Part shown: one piece after another, positions 51,058-60,786 of the stretch
How the letters are laid out: every line of letters starts with the position of its first letter
How positions within the stretch are numbered: the stretch's first letter is position 1
Source: a virus
Taxonomy: Duplodnaviria; Caudoviricetes
IMG/VR virus record: IMGVR_UViG_3300037458_000547
Location: 1,474 to 65,473 of that record
Direction: 5' to 3' (one strand)
Length of the DNA: 64,000 bases
The notes under the pieces: model-generated
What the model saw: the letters and a program-made list of their open reading frames with translations, nothing else
Database searches by the model: none
Told to the model about the DNA's origin: nothing
Made by a program: the position numbers and the translations under genes

Positions 51058-53159
51058 TGGACCTGGTCTCGGCACGCAGGTTCACGAGGAAACTCCCGAA
51101 CCTGGTGTCGGACCGCGACAGCTTCCCGTTCCAGGGCGGGCTGAATCTCGTCGACACCCCGCTACAGGTCAGGCCGGGCCAGCTCATGGCCTGTAAGAAC
51201 TACGAGGTGGCGATGCGCGGCGGGTATGAGCGCATCGAGGGATTCGAGCGGCTCGACGGGCGGCCCAAGCCCTCGGAGGCGCTGTACTGGATCCTGTACT
51301 TCGTCGGCGGCAACTCGAACTACTACCCGGCCCTGGGCGCCACCGTGAATGGCGCGACCAGCGGCGCATCGGGCGTCACGATTTCAACGGCCGATTCGAC
51401 TCAGCCCGAGGGGTATCTCGCGCTGCGCTCTGTGAGCGGCACGTTCATCGACGGTGAGAACGTGCGGGTCGGCGGCACTGCCTTTGGCGTGATCCACGGC
51501 ACGCCTACGGCCAACGACGCCTCGACCGACGAGGAGCATGCGGAGTACCTGCACACAGTCCAGGAGTACGCCAGGGCGCAGATCGAGGCGGTCCCCGGAG
51601 AGGGTCCCGTGCTGGGTGTGGCCGTCTACAACGGCGTCGCCTACGCGATCCGCAACAACCTGGGCTCGTCGGCCGCGATCATGCACAAGGCGACCGCTTC
51701 CGGATGGGAGCCCGTCGCCATGGGCCGACGGCTGGCGTTCGACGCGGGCAACACCGCGCCGGCGATCAACGAGACGATTACCGGCGCCAGCGGCGCGACC
51801 GGAGTGGTGCGCAGGATCGTCATCACCAAGGGCGACTGGGATACGCACGACGCCGAGGGGTACTTCATCCTTTCGGGCGTTACCGGGGCGTTCGTCGACA
51901 ATGACACGCTGACCAGCCCGAGCGGAGCTGCGGTGGCGGTTGGGACGGATACCGCTCAGTCGCTGCCCGCCGGCGGCCGCTATGACTTCCGCGTCCACAA
52001 CTTCTATGGCGAGGATGCCCGGAAGCGGCTCTACGGCGTCAACCAGGTCGGCAAGGCATTCGAGTTCCAGAACACTCCGGAGTTCCTGTGCTTCCTCGAG
52101 ACCGGCACGAGTGATGACCGCCCGACCCACCTGGCGATCCACAAGAATCAGCTGTGGCTCAGCTTCCGCGGCGGCTCGATCCAGAAGTCCGGCACTGGCG
52201 AGCCCTCGGACTGGACCGCCATCACCGGCGCGTTCGAGCTGGCGGTAGGCGACAACGTCACGGGGTTGCTCGAGGAAGTGGGCGGGGCGCTGTTCGCGTT
52301 CTCGCGCAACAGCACCCGCGTCATCACCGGCAATGAGGCGGACGGCTATAGCAACGACAACTTCGGCGTTGAGACTGGCGCCTATGAAGGGTCGATCCAG
52401 CGTTTCGGCCAGGGCTTCTTCATCGACGACCGCGGCTTTACGACGCTCGCGGCCGCCCAGGACTTCGGCAACTTCTCCTCGAACAACGTCTCGGCCCTGA
52501 TCGAGCCGCTGATCCGAGAGCTGAAGAACATGATCGTGACCAGCGTCTCGGCACGATCGAAGAACCGCCTGCGCTACTTCTTCTCGAACGGCCGGGTGAT
52601 CTCGGTCGGGTTCATCGGAAAGAAGATCGGCGGATTCACGACCTGCGACTACGGCATCAGCGTCAAGTGCGCCTTCTCCGGCGAAGACGCGGACGGCAAT
52701 GAGCTGCTGCTGATGGGGTCGGAAACTGGGTACGTCTACCAGGCCGACTCCGGCACCTCGTTCGACGGCGAGCCGATCCAGGCGTTCGCCCGCCTGGTGT
52801 TCCACCACTCCGGGGTGCCGTCGCGCATCAAGCGGTATCGCCTTGCGCACGTCGACCTCTCGACTCGCGGGCCCACCTCGCTTCGCGCCACGGTGGACTA
52901 CTCGAATGCCGATCCGACCTCGAGCTTCGAGCCCGTGAAGGACGTGACCATGACCGGCGGCGGCGGCTTCTGGGACGTGTCGAACTGGAACGAATTTCGC
53001 TGGAGCGCCGGAATCCAGGCCCAGGCCACCTTCAAGCTGGAGGGCTCTGGATATAACATCGGGCTCCTGTTCTCGAGCGAGGCAGCAGATGAGCTGCCGC
53101 ACACGCTGAACGGAGTGACCTTCCATGAGTCGATGCGGCGCCTGAACAGGAGTACCTGA
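51057..53159 (+). CDS. Tail nozzle/stabilisation protein (P22 gp10 or tubular-B-like)
   Basis: 700-aa beta-rich protein; FQGGLNLVD; position after the adaptor. Confidence 0.75.
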   Translation: MDLVSARRFTRKLPNLVSDRDSFPFQGGLNLVDTPLQVRPGQLMACKNYEVAMRGGYERIEGFERLDGRPKPSEALYWILYFVGGNSNYYPALGATVNGATSGASGVTISTADSTQPEGYLALRSVSGTFIDGENVRVGGTAFGVIHGTPTANDASTDEEHAEYLHTVQEYARAQIEAVPGEGPVLGVAVYNGVAYAIRNNLGSSAAIMHKATASGWEPVAMGRRLAFDAGNTAPAINETITGASGATGVVRRIVITKGDWDTHDAEGYFILSGVTGAFVDNDTLTSPSGAAVAVGTDTAQSLPAGGRYDFRVHNFYGEDARKRLYGVNQVGKAFEFQNTPEFLCFLETGTSDDRPTHLAIHKNQLWLSFRGGSIQKSGTGEPSDWTAITGAFELAVGDNVTGLLEEVGGALFAFSRNSTRVITGNEADGYSNDNFGVETGAYEGSIQRFGQGFFIDDRGFTTLAAAQDFGNFSSNNVSALIEPLIRELKNMIVTSVSARSKNRLRYFFSNGRVISVGFIGKKIGGFTTCDYGISVKCAFSGEDADGNELLLMGSETGYVYQADSGTSFDGEPIQAFARLVFHHSGVPSRIKRYRLAHVDLSTRGPTSLRATVDYSNADPTSSFEPVKDVTMTGGGGFWDVSNWNEFRWSAGIQAQATFKLEGSGYNIGLLFSSEAADELPHTLNGVTFHESMRRLNRST

Positions 53160-53896
53160 TGTCGAGCCGTTTCTGGACCTTCGTCGCCAACCTGATCCCG
53201 GGCCAGACAGCCCGATCGGAGCAGGTCAATTCCAAGTTCGCCGAGATCGACGAGGCGCTCGAGAAAGTCGCCCTCGAGATGGACCGGTCGATTCGATTCA
53301 CCTACGGCACGCCCACGGAGGCGACCTACCAAAGCACGTTCAGCGACTCGCAGCGTGCCGGCAAGTCGCTTGGGTTCGACGGGGCGGGCGCCCTGACGAT
53401 CCTCAACGCCGGGTTCGTATGGAAGGGCGACTGGCAGCCCTCGACGTTCTACACGGTCAACGACGTGGTGCGGGCGCCGGCGGCCTACAACTACAGCATC
53501 TACCTCTGCGTCTCCGCGCACACCTCGACCAGCTCGTTCAATCCGTCGAGCTGGTCCGTGATGATCGACCTGACCGAGGCCAGAAAGAGCCTGATCCTGC
53601 ACCAGCTGGTCAACGGCCCGCAGAGCAACTACCCGCTGACCGCCGGCCAGGATGTCATGGTGAACGTGTCGGGCGGGGCGGTGAGTTTCCTGCTGCCTGC
53701 CACGCCGAGCATCAGCGACCAGCCCATCAACATCATGCACGTCGGCGGGGTGATCGGTGATAACCCCATCACCATCAACGGCAACGGCAAGGCGATCATG
53801 GGCCTCAATGAGCCGATGATCGTCGACACGTCGAACGCCAGCTTCGGACTGGCGTTCTGCAACGACGCCCTCGGGTGGCGAATCAGGGGCGTCTGA
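53159..53896 (+). CDS. Tail-fibre anchor protein
   Basis: [12 protein letters not shown] attachment region; [17 protein letters not shown] carbohydrate-binding-type motif. Confidence 0.7.
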   Translation: MSSRFWTFVANLIPGQTARSEQVNSKFAEIDEALEKVALEMDRSIRFTYGTPTEATYQSTFSDSQRAGKSLGFDGAGALTILNAGFVWKGDWQPSTFYTVNDVVRAPAAYNYSIYLCVSAHTSTSSFNPSSWSVMIDLTEARKSLILHQLVNGPQSNYPLTAGQDVMVNVSGGAVSFLLPATPSISDQPINIMHVGGVIGDNPITINGNGKAIMGLNEPMIVDTSNASFGLAFCNDALGWRIRGV

Positions 53897-54579
53897 TGAG
53901 CAACTACCTGCAGTGGCGCTACCGCGGGCCGACAGGTCAGCCCGGCCCCACGGGAATCGCTGGACCCCCGGGGCTGACTGGGGACACGGGACCGGTCGGA
54001 CCCCCGGGCCCAGTTGGCCCCGTGGGGCCTGTCGGAACAGCCGGCCCGCCCGGCCCTCCGGGGCCGACCGGAAACCCCGGGCCCATTGGGCCCTCCGGCC
54101 CCCTGGGCCCCACCGGTCTCACGGGTCCCGTCGGCCCCATCGGCCCGGCAGGATCCATTGGTCCGCCCGGACCCACCGGACCCACCGGTCCCGCCGGAAC
54201 TTCAAACGTCCCCGGTCCGCCGGGGCCCGTCGGTCCTTTCGGACCCACCGGCCCTGCTGGCCCCACCGGCCCTGCTGGTGCGGCGGGCCCCACCGGCCCG
54301 ATCGGCCCCACCGGCCCGGCGGGTCCCATCGGTCCATCCGGCGCAACAGGCGCAACGGGTCCCACGGGACTCACGGGCCCCACTGGGCCCGTCGGCCCGA
54401 CTGGACTCACCGGCCTGACCGGGCTCACCGGACCCACCGGCCCGACGGGTCCTCCGGGGCCCCAGGGCAACCCGGGCCCGATTGGACCTACTGGCCCGAC
54501 GGGCCTCACTGGGCCTCCGGGTCCCACCGGTCCCACCGGCCCGATCGGACCGATCGGCCCAGCGGGTCCGCCCGGGTAA
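53896..54579 (+). CDS. Collagen-like protein 1 (almost entirely Gly-X-Y)
   Basis: Short [10 protein letters not shown] head, then about 70 [12 protein letters not shown] triplets up to the stop. Confidence 0.85.
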   Translation: MSNYLQWRYRGPTGQPGPTGIAGPPGLTGDTGPVGPPGPVGPVGPVGTAGPPGPPGPTGNPGPIGPSGPLGPTGLTGPVGPIGPAGSIGPPGPTGPTGPAGTSNVPGPPGPVGPFGPTGPAGPTGPAGAAGPTGPIGPTGPAGPIGPSGATGATGPTGLTGPTGPVGPTGLTGLTGLTGPTGPTGPPGPQGNPGPIGPTGPTGLTGPPGPTGPTGPIGPIGPAGPPG

Positions 54580-55572
54580 ATGAGCGTCCTGTCGCAGTTC
54601 GATACCCACGAGGTCGGCGTGATCGGCCCCGTGGGACTGATGGGTCCGCGAGGCCAGCAAGGCCCCACCGGACCCACCGGGGCGATCGGCGTGACGGGCC
54701 CGGAAGGCCCGCAAGGGCCGGGCGAAGACCTCGGCATCGCGGGTCCCGTGGGCCCGGTCGGCCCGCAAGGCCCGCCCGGCCCGACAGGTCCTGTCGGCGT
54801 CCGCGGTCCAACGGGACCCAGGGGCCCCGCTGGCCCCCCAGGAATTGGCCCGGTCGGGCCTGTTGGACCTCCAGGACCTCCGGGTGCGTCACCCCCCGGC
54901 CCCCCTGGACCCACGGGCTCGACTGGGCCTTCTGGCCTCACCGGCCCGCCGGGGCCTGTTGGTCCGTCGCCCGCTGGCCCCGCTGGACCGACGGGGCCCG
55001 CTGGCCCGCCGGGACCGACTGGCCTATCGCCGATAGGCCCGACGGGGCCCACGGGGCTCACCGGGCCTGCTGGCCCGACTGGGCCCCAGGGATTAAGAGG
55101 GCCCACGGGGCTCACCGGTCCAACCGGACCCACCGGCCCGACTGGACTCAGCATGCCTGGTCCTGCAGGCCCAAGAGGACCCACCGGCAGCGTTGGCCCG
55201 GTTGGACCGATAGGTCCTGCCGGCCCCACGGGTCCCATGGGCCCTGCGGGACTCAATCTCACGGTTACCCCGAGCAGCAGCGAGGTGACCAGCTCCGGCA
55301 ACACCGGCGCGAGATACGTTCAGTCGACCGTGTTCTCGGCGTCCGAGACCGGCGGGTTCCCGCCCGTGACCTATTCCTGGCACAGCCTCTCGGCGGGAGC
55401 CGAGTTCCTGAATCCGACCAATGCCTCGTCGCAGATCATCCGCGCCCTGGTGGGCCTGTGGGAGATCTATACCGGCGGGGCGACCTGCACCATCACCGAC
55501 TCGAAGGGCAACCAGTCCTCGGAGAACGTGTCGGTGGTGCTGAGAAACTACGGCGTTGGGCCGCAACCGTAA
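54580..55572 (+). CDS. Collagen-like protein 2 with a C-terminal beta (Ig-like) domain
   Basis: Interrupted Gly-Pro-X runs, then [10 protein letters not shown]...[11 protein letters not shown]. Confidence 0.85.
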   Translation: MSVLSQFDTHEVGVIGPVGLMGPRGQQGPTGPTGAIGVTGPEGPQGPGEDLGIAGPVGPVGPQGPPGPTGPVGVRGPTGPRGPAGPPGIGPVGPVGPPGPPGASPPGPPGPTGSTGPSGLTGPPGPVGPSPAGPAGPTGPAGPPGPTGLSPIGPTGPTGLTGPAGPTGPQGLRGPTGLTGPTGPTGPTGLSMPGPAGPRGPTGSVGPVGPIGPAGPTGPMGPAGLNLTVTPSSSEVTSSGNTGARYVQSTVFSASETGGFPPVTYSWHSLSAGAEFLNPTNASSQIIRALVGLWEIYTGGATCTITDSKGNQSSENVSVVLRNYGVGPQP

Positions 55573-55584
55573 GAGGGTGACACC

Positions 55585-56217
55585 ATGAGCGAACTTCCGT
55601 ATCCGATCCGCCCCGAGCAACAGGTCTTCCTGCCGACCCATGTCCAGTGGTCAGGCGACAACCGCATGTTCTCGCCCGAGGAGTGCAAGCAGATCATCCG
55701 CGCCGGCGAGGAGCTTGGGCTCGGCTTCGCCATGATCGGCAACGGCGGGAACAACACCGGCATCGTCGACAAGAGCTACCGGTGCGTGAAGTCGACCTCG
55801 CTGTGGAGGCAGAAGAAGCAGGACCTGACCTGGGTCTACGATCGCATCGCCTCGAAGATCGCCTGGGCGAATCGCGACTTCTACCGTTTCGACCTCACCG
55901 GGCTCGGCGAGCCGCCGCAGTTCCTCAAGTACGAGGTCCTCGAGGGCGAGCCGCCGGGGCACTACGACTGGCACCAGGACTTCGGCGGAGGGCTGTCCTC
56001 GAACCGCAAGCTGTCGCTGGTGGTCCAGCTCTCCGATCCTGCGGACTACACGGGCTGCCGCCTGCGTCTGATGGACGGCAAGGAATGGGAGCCCCTGTAT
56101 ATCCAGCAGGGCGACGCCTTGTGCTTCCCGAGCTGGGCGCCGCATCGAGTGACTCCGATCGAGTCCGGGGTGCGCTACGCCCTGGCGGTGTGGATCCACG
56201 GACCCCAGTTCAGATGA
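55585..56217 (+). CDS. 2OG-Fe(II) oxygenase, prolyl-4-hydroxylase/PKHD-like
   Basis: YDWHQD (HxD), RKLSLVVQLSDP..Y.G, FPSWAPHRVTPI.SG.RYALAVW. Confidence 0.92.
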   Translation: MSELPYPIRPEQQVFLPTHVQWSGDNRMFSPEECKQIIRAGEELGLGFAMIGNGGNNTGIVDKSYRCVKSTSLWRQKKQDLTWVYDRIASKIAWANRDFYRFDLTGLGEPPQFLKYEVLEGEPPGHYDWHQDFGGGLSSNRKLSLVVQLSDPADYTGCRLRLMDGKEWEPLYIQQGDALCFPSWAPHRVTPIESGVRYALAVWIHGPQFR

Positions 56218-56229
56218 GGAGAGGCCCGG

Positions 56230-56649
56230 TTGAGTACGTTCATTGACGGCAATCTCGATCGCAGCCGGGCGCTCTATCTGCTGGTGATGCAGGATGCGGC
56301 CTACCGCGGCATGGCGGACAACTGGCCGCGCCCTCGCTGGTGCAAGTTTCGCTCAGACAGCGACCACCTCTTTGTGCTGGCGTGGATGAATCGGGCCTGC
56401 GCGGACAGGTTCTATACCCACTGCGATCCGCGCCGGGTCATTGGCCACTGCGATCGCGTGTGTTGGTCGGACGAGAATTCCGCCAAGTACGCCGCGACCG
56501 ACGAGGAGGCCGTGCGGAGGGCTGGCGAGATCGTCGAATGCCACGAGCCGACGCAAAACGGGCTCGTGCGTGTCACGAAGTTCGCCTTCCGCTCCAACAG
56601 CCCGGACCTGTCGGGCTGGTTCGTGTACGGTGAGTGCCCAGATGAATGA
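56230..56649 (+). CDS. Hypothetical Cys/Trp-rich protein
   Basis: SD GAGGAGAGG; TTG start. Confidence 0.6.
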   Translation: MSTFIDGNLDRSRALYLLVMQDAAYRGMADNWPRPRWCKFRSDSDHLFVLAWMNRACADRFYTHCDPRRVIGHCDRVCWSDENSAKYAATDEEAVRRAGEIVECHEPTQNGLVRVTKFAFRSNSPDLSGWFVYGECPDE

Positions 56650-56965
56650 GAAAGACGACTGGGCCTGGCCCGCCTTGATTCACACCCTTCAGCAGGACAT
56701 CTCGCGGCTTCACGCGGCAGTCGAGACCCTGCGGAACGATCATCAGGCGTCACGCGACCGCTACCAGGCCGAGGTCGCGAGGCTGGTGGATCAGCTTCGC
56801 GCCGTTCAGCAGCAGCTCGAGCCGATCGTGAAGGACAGGTCGGCCACCCAGAATGACCGCCGAGAGATCGGCGTGCGCTGGGCCGAGCGGGCCGGCTGGG
56901 GGCTGCTGCTGGGAGTGGGGTATGCGATCTGGCACTACATCACCAACCATCTGCACGCCAAATGA
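56642..56965 (+). CDS. Coiled-coil protein with a C-terminal TM segment (holin-like candidate)
   Basis: Heptad region followed by WAERAGWGLLLGVGYAIWHYI. Confidence 0.55.
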   Translation: MNEKDDWAWPALIHTLQQDISRLHAAVETLRNDHQASRDRYQAEVARLVDQLRAVQQQLEPIVKDRSATQNDRREIGVRWAERAGWGLLLGVGYAIWHYITNHLHAK

Positions 56966-57159
56966 GCGAGTTCCATGCTGTGCTGCTCTCGGACCACCTG
57001 ATGGACGCCCTCAGGGCGCTCAACGAGGTCCGTGAGATCATGGGGAAGGCCCGCGTCGAGCCGCCGCACTACGCGGCCGTGCTGAACGAGGTGACCCAGG
57101 CCGAGCTGGCCATCGCCCGCGTGATCGGGCTGGTGGCCGGCGCCCCTAGCCACAACTGA
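56962..57159 (+). CDS. Hypothetical protein
   Basis: ATGA coupling. Confidence 0.55.
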   Translation: MSEFHAVLLSDHLMDALRALNEVREIMGKARVEPPHYAAVLNEVTQAELAIARVIGLVAGAPSHN

Positions 57160-57168
57160 GGAGCGAAC

Positions 57169-57354
57169 ATGGCAAAGAGCAAAGAGGAAAAGCAGGCCGA
57201 GAAGGAGCGGAAGGCCCAGATCCGGGCGATCGGCTGGGAGCTGCTCTTTCTGACCGCGATGGCGAGTTCCAAGAAAGAGCGGTGGCAGGTCGTCATCGAG
57301 AAGTGGGACGACTGGAAGCAGGTCCTGATTGAACAGGCTGCCGCCGAATATTGA
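57169..57354 (+). CDS. Hypothetical protein
   Basis: SD GAGGAG. Confidence 0.55.
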   Translation: MAKSKEEKQAEKERKAQIRAIGWELLFLTAMASSKKERWQVVIEKWDDWKQVLIEQAAAEY

Positions 57355-57514
57355 GCTGCAGCTCGAGTCCGTCCGCACGAGGATCGAGCTGCTGCGACTG
57401 GCGTGGCTGCAGACCTGCGAAAAGGAGTGCTTCCCTCCCATAGAGAAGGACCTGGAGATTCTGCAGCGCGAGTTCCAGGATCTCGAAGCGATGGTGCGCG
57501 AGGTGGTACGCTGA
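57329..57514 (+). CDS. Hypothetical helical protein
   Basis: Fills the gap; start uncertain. Confidence 0.4.
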   Translation: MNRLPPNIELQLESVRTRIELLRLAWLQTCEKECFPPIEKDLEILQREFQDLEAMVREVVR

Positions 57515-57535
57515 GCCGCGACGCGGAGAACCGAC

Positions 57536-58873
57536 ATGGCAACGAACCCAGAAGACCTGTTCCAGCTGCCCAAGCCGCCGGACCTCGAGCCGCCCAAGCC
57601 CGCGCAGCAGGAGACGGCGTTGTCCGCCCAGGGGGCGAAGGCGCCGACCACGATCAACCCGGAGATGGCCTCGACGGCTCAGCCGCTGTTCGAGGGCACG
57701 CAGACCGACGCGCCGACACTCGGCATGAGCGCCGCGGCCGCGCCCCCCGCGAGAGCCTCCCTGGTATCGACGGGAGGTACAACCACCGAAGGGCCCTTCT
57801 CGCAAGAAGACCGGACCTTCAGGCCCTACATTTCCCGCGTGGACCAGCCCACCGAGACGGTCGCCGGACAGCTCAAGAGCCTGTTCGACGAGGGCAACCC
57901 GCTACTGGTGCAGGCGCGTCAGCGGGCCAGCGCGGCCGCCGCCGGCCGCGGCCTGCAGAACTCGAGCCTGGCGATGGGCGCCTCGCAGCTCGCGCAGATG
58001 AACGCGGCACTGCCGATCGCCCAGCAGGACGCCGCGACCTACTCGCAGCGGGCGATGCAGAACGCGCAGACCATCAACGATTTCCGCATGGCGGAGATGT
58101 CCTATTACCAGGAGCTGGGCAAGCTCAAAGAGCAGGGCAACATCAACGCCTACCTGACCGGCCTGCAGGCGGGCTACGAGAAGGAGCTGGCCACCCTGAA
58201 CGGCCAGATCACCAAGGAGGTCCACAACCTCGACCACGCCAACAGGCTGATCGAGCAGGCCAAGCAGGGCGACATCGACGCCCAGCTGATGGCCGTGAAG
58301 TATGGCTTCGATTCCAAGCTCTCGGCCGAGGAGAACCTGCATCGCCTGTCGCAGATCGCCGCGCAGGGCGACGTGAACGCCAAGCTGCAACTGCAGCAGT
58401 TCAACTTCGACACGATGCTGAAGGACCAGGAGGGCGGGATCCAGCTCAAGCTCGAGGACAAGCGATTCCAGAACAACCAGAACCTGCTGCTGGTCGAGTA
58501 CCAGCAGCGCGGAATCCTGACCGAGCAGGAAGCCCAGGACGAGATGGAGCGCCTCAACCAGCAGCACCAGAACACGCTCGAGCAGATCGAGGCGCAGGCG
58601 GCCGCCACCTCGGACGTGGCCGACAAGGACCGCTCAGCTCAGCTGCAGGCGCAGTACCTCACGGCCGTCGCGGCCCGCCAAGCCTCGGCCTCGGCTGAGA
58701 TCACCCAGATCTACACCACGCCGAAACTCAGCTCGACGCAGCAGAATACCGGTGTCGCGAACGCCTACTCGCGCCTGGACTCCGACCTCTCGGCGCTGGC
58801 CGCCTACTACGCCCAGAGTCCACTGTGGCCGAGCGGCACAGCCCCATCAGGGGGGGCCGCCGGAAACCCTTGA
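57536..58873 (+). CDS. Ejection/pilot-protein candidate
   Basis: Gln/Ala-rich coiled coil; GRGLQNSSLAMGA motif. Confidence 0.7.
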   Translation: MATNPEDLFQLPKPPDLEPPKPAQQETALSAQGAKAPTTINPEMASTAQPLFEGTQTDAPTLGMSAAAAPPARASLVSTGGTTTEGPFSQEDRTFRPYISRVDQPTETVAGQLKSLFDEGNPLLVQARQRASAAAAGRGLQNSSLAMGASQLAQMNAALPIAQQDAATYSQRAMQNAQTINDFRMAEMSYYQELGKLKEQGNINAYLTGLQAGYEKELATLNGQITKEVHNLDHANRLIEQAKQGDIDAQLMAVKYGFDSKLSAEENLHRLSQIAAQGDVNAKLQLQQFNFDTMLKDQEGGIQLKLEDKRFQNNQNLLLVEYQQRGILTEQEAQDEMERLNQQHQNTLEQIEAQAAATSDVADKDRSAQLQAQYLTAVAARQASASAEITQIYTTPKLSSTQQNTGVANAYSRLDSDLSALAAYYAQSPLWPSGTAPSGGAAGNP

Positions 58874-59364
58874 TGGCCCCCGGCGGGACGGCCGCCGGGG
58901 GCGCAGTCAAGACAGGAGGTGGCGGCCCGAAGATCTCGGTACAGGGCGGACTTCCACCCAAGCCCCCGGCCGTAAAGAGCAGCGAGAACCGCGTGTTCAA
59001 TGACATCGGAAAGTACGCCTCCGGTGGCGTCAACCTTCCGGGGACCGCCGGGCAGCTCGCCGACGTGACGGGCTATGACCCGCTGGGTCTCTTTGGCGGC
59101 GGCTCGACCTACAGCTCAAAGGCGGCGAAAAGAGCGTTCGACCCGCTGGGCGTCGTGACCTCCGACAAGAAGCCGCCGCTGCCGGCCAACATCGACCTGC
59201 AGGCCGGGACGGTCGACGTTGGCGATGGTCGCGAGCGGCTGTCCGAGGAGATGACCGCGTACCTCCGCGGCACGGGGCCGCGCCCGAAGAAGACCGACCG
59301 GAACAGGAAGATCCTGAAGCAGATCGACTCGATGCTCGAGTCCGGGTGGAAGTTCCGTGGATGA
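58873..59364 (+). CDS. Gly-rich putative internal virion protein
   Basis: TGATG coupling. Confidence 0.55.
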   Translation: MAPGGTAAGGAVKTGGGGPKISVQGGLPPKPPAVKSSENRVFNDIGKYASGGVNLPGTAGQLADVTGYDPLGLFGGGSTYSSKAAKRAFDPLGVVTSDKKPPLPANIDLQAGTVDVGDGRERLSEEMTAYLRGTGPRPKKTDRNRKILKQIDSMLESGWKFRG

Positions 59365-59840
59365 TCCGCAAGGGGCGCATAGATGACTTCCCCCGGTTCT
59401 GGGAACTCGGCAAGCGACTCCTGGAGCAGACGCCCTACTCGAGGATGGAGATTGATCGCGCCAGCGTTTCCAAGGCGTTCGGTCACTGCGTCAACAGCGC
59501 CCTCGGCTGTTGTTTCGTGGCCGAGCATGGTGGCACACTCACCGGCGTCATCCTGGGAGTGGCCCAGGACCTGTGGTGGTCGCGAAGCAGGAGTGCTTCG
59601 GACCTGATCTTCTACGCCGAAACGCCCGGCGATGGAGCCAAGCTCCTGCGGGCCTTCGAGCGATGGGCATGGAGCGTTCCTCGGGTCGGCGACGTGACGG
59701 TCGCGCAATCCAGCGGGATCGACGTGGACCGAACGGAGGCTCTCTACCGGCGCCATGGATTCAGGAGGGTCGGAGCGGTCTATGTGAAAACGAGGAGCGA
59801 CCATGAGCGGCGTAGTGAAGGGCATCAAGAAGGTCTTTAA
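59361..59840 (+). CDS. GNAT-family acetyltransferase-like protein
   Basis: MIRKG..DD...; FVAEHGGTLTG; KLLRAFERWA; EALYRRHGF. Confidence 0.8.
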   Translation: MIRKGRIDDFPRFWELGKRLLEQTPYSRMEIDRASVSKAFGHCVNSALGCCFVAEHGGTLTGVILGVAQDLWWSRSRSASDLIFYAETPGDGAKLLRAFERWAWSVPRVGDVTVAQSSGIDVDRTEALYRRHGFRRVGAVYVKTRSDHERRSEGHQEGL

Positions 59841-60786
59841 GTCCGTCGTCAACGTCGTCAAGAAGATCTGGAAGCCGCTCCTCATCGCGGCCGCGGTCTA
59901 CTTCACCGCCGGCCTGGCTCTCTCGGCTTTCGCCCCCACCGCAGCATTCGCCGCCTCCATGCCAGGCTTCGCCGGAGGAGGACTGGCCGGAGCTGGAATT
60001 GGCGCCGGCGCGACCGCCGGCACCGGTGTCTTCTCGCAGGCCGCGGCCGCGATGGGCATGGGCTCGCTCGGTTCGGCGGGCGGCCTCGCGGGCGGCGCCC
60101 TTGCGGCGGGCTCCGGCGGCCTCGGGATCTCTGGCGTAGCCGGGGCAACCGCCGCCCAGCTCTCGGCCGCCGGTTTCTCGAGCGCGGCGATCGGCGAAGG
60201 CATCGGCGCTGTCGCGGGCGGTGCCTACGGGGCGGCCGCAGGTTCCGCGGCCACGCTGGCCTCGACCAGCTCGCCCTCGCTCGTCAGCGGCGCACTGGGC
60301 TCGGGCTCGGCGGGCGCCGGCGCTCCTGTTGGAGCTGGCACGGTGCTTGGGCCTGGGGCTGGCGCCGCGCCGGCAGGCACCGGGACTGTCCTGGCCGGAT
60401 CGACTGGAGCTGCCACTGCCCCAACGGGGGCCGCGGCCGGCCTGACGCTCGGCGAGAAGATCCTGTTGGCCTCGAGCGGCACGCAGGCGCTCGGGGCGCT
60501 GATGCAGCCGAACCCCGAGGAGGCCAAGCGGTGGCAGGGCGCCTTCTACGGCACCACCTACAAAGGCGGCGGGCCGGGGCCGATCCCGGGCCCCGGGATG
60601 GAGCCGACTCCGCCCGAGAGCGAGGCGGCCAAGAAGCCGAAGGAGTCCGAGAAGCCCTCCCTGTTCGCGAGCAACATCCGGGCATCGCAGGTCGAGCAGC
60701 CCTCCCAGGGCAAGCAGAAGCCCATGGCGCCGGCCGGCGACCTGTTCCCGCGCCAGAATGCCAAGGTGAGGTACGTCAATGCCTAA
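59803..60786 (+). CDS. Ala/Gly-rich membrane-active ejection-protein candidate
   Basis: Basic KKVFKSVVNVVKK start, then long hydrophobic GxxxG-rich segments. Confidence 0.7.
   Translation: MSGVVKGIKKVFKSVVNVVKKIWKPLLIAAAVYFTAGLALSAFAPTAAFAASMPGFAGGGLAGAGIGAGATAGTGVFSQAAAAMGMGSLGSAGGLAGGALAAGSGGLGISGVAGATAAQLSAAGFSSAAIGEGIGAVAGGAYGAAAGSAATLASTSSPSLVSGALGSGSAGAGAPVGAGTVLGPGAGAAPAGTGTVLAGSTGAATAPTGAAAGLTLGEKILLASSGTQALGALMQPNPEEAKRWQGAFYGTTYKGGGPGPIPGPGMEPTPPESEAAKKPKESEKPSLFASNIRASQVEQPSQGKQKPMAPAGDLFPRQNAKVRYVNA

Noticed and set aside
53937-55304. Minus-strand collagen-like ORF
   Set aside because: GGN-CCN repeats read as Gly-Pro on both strands, so this is a symmetry artefact.
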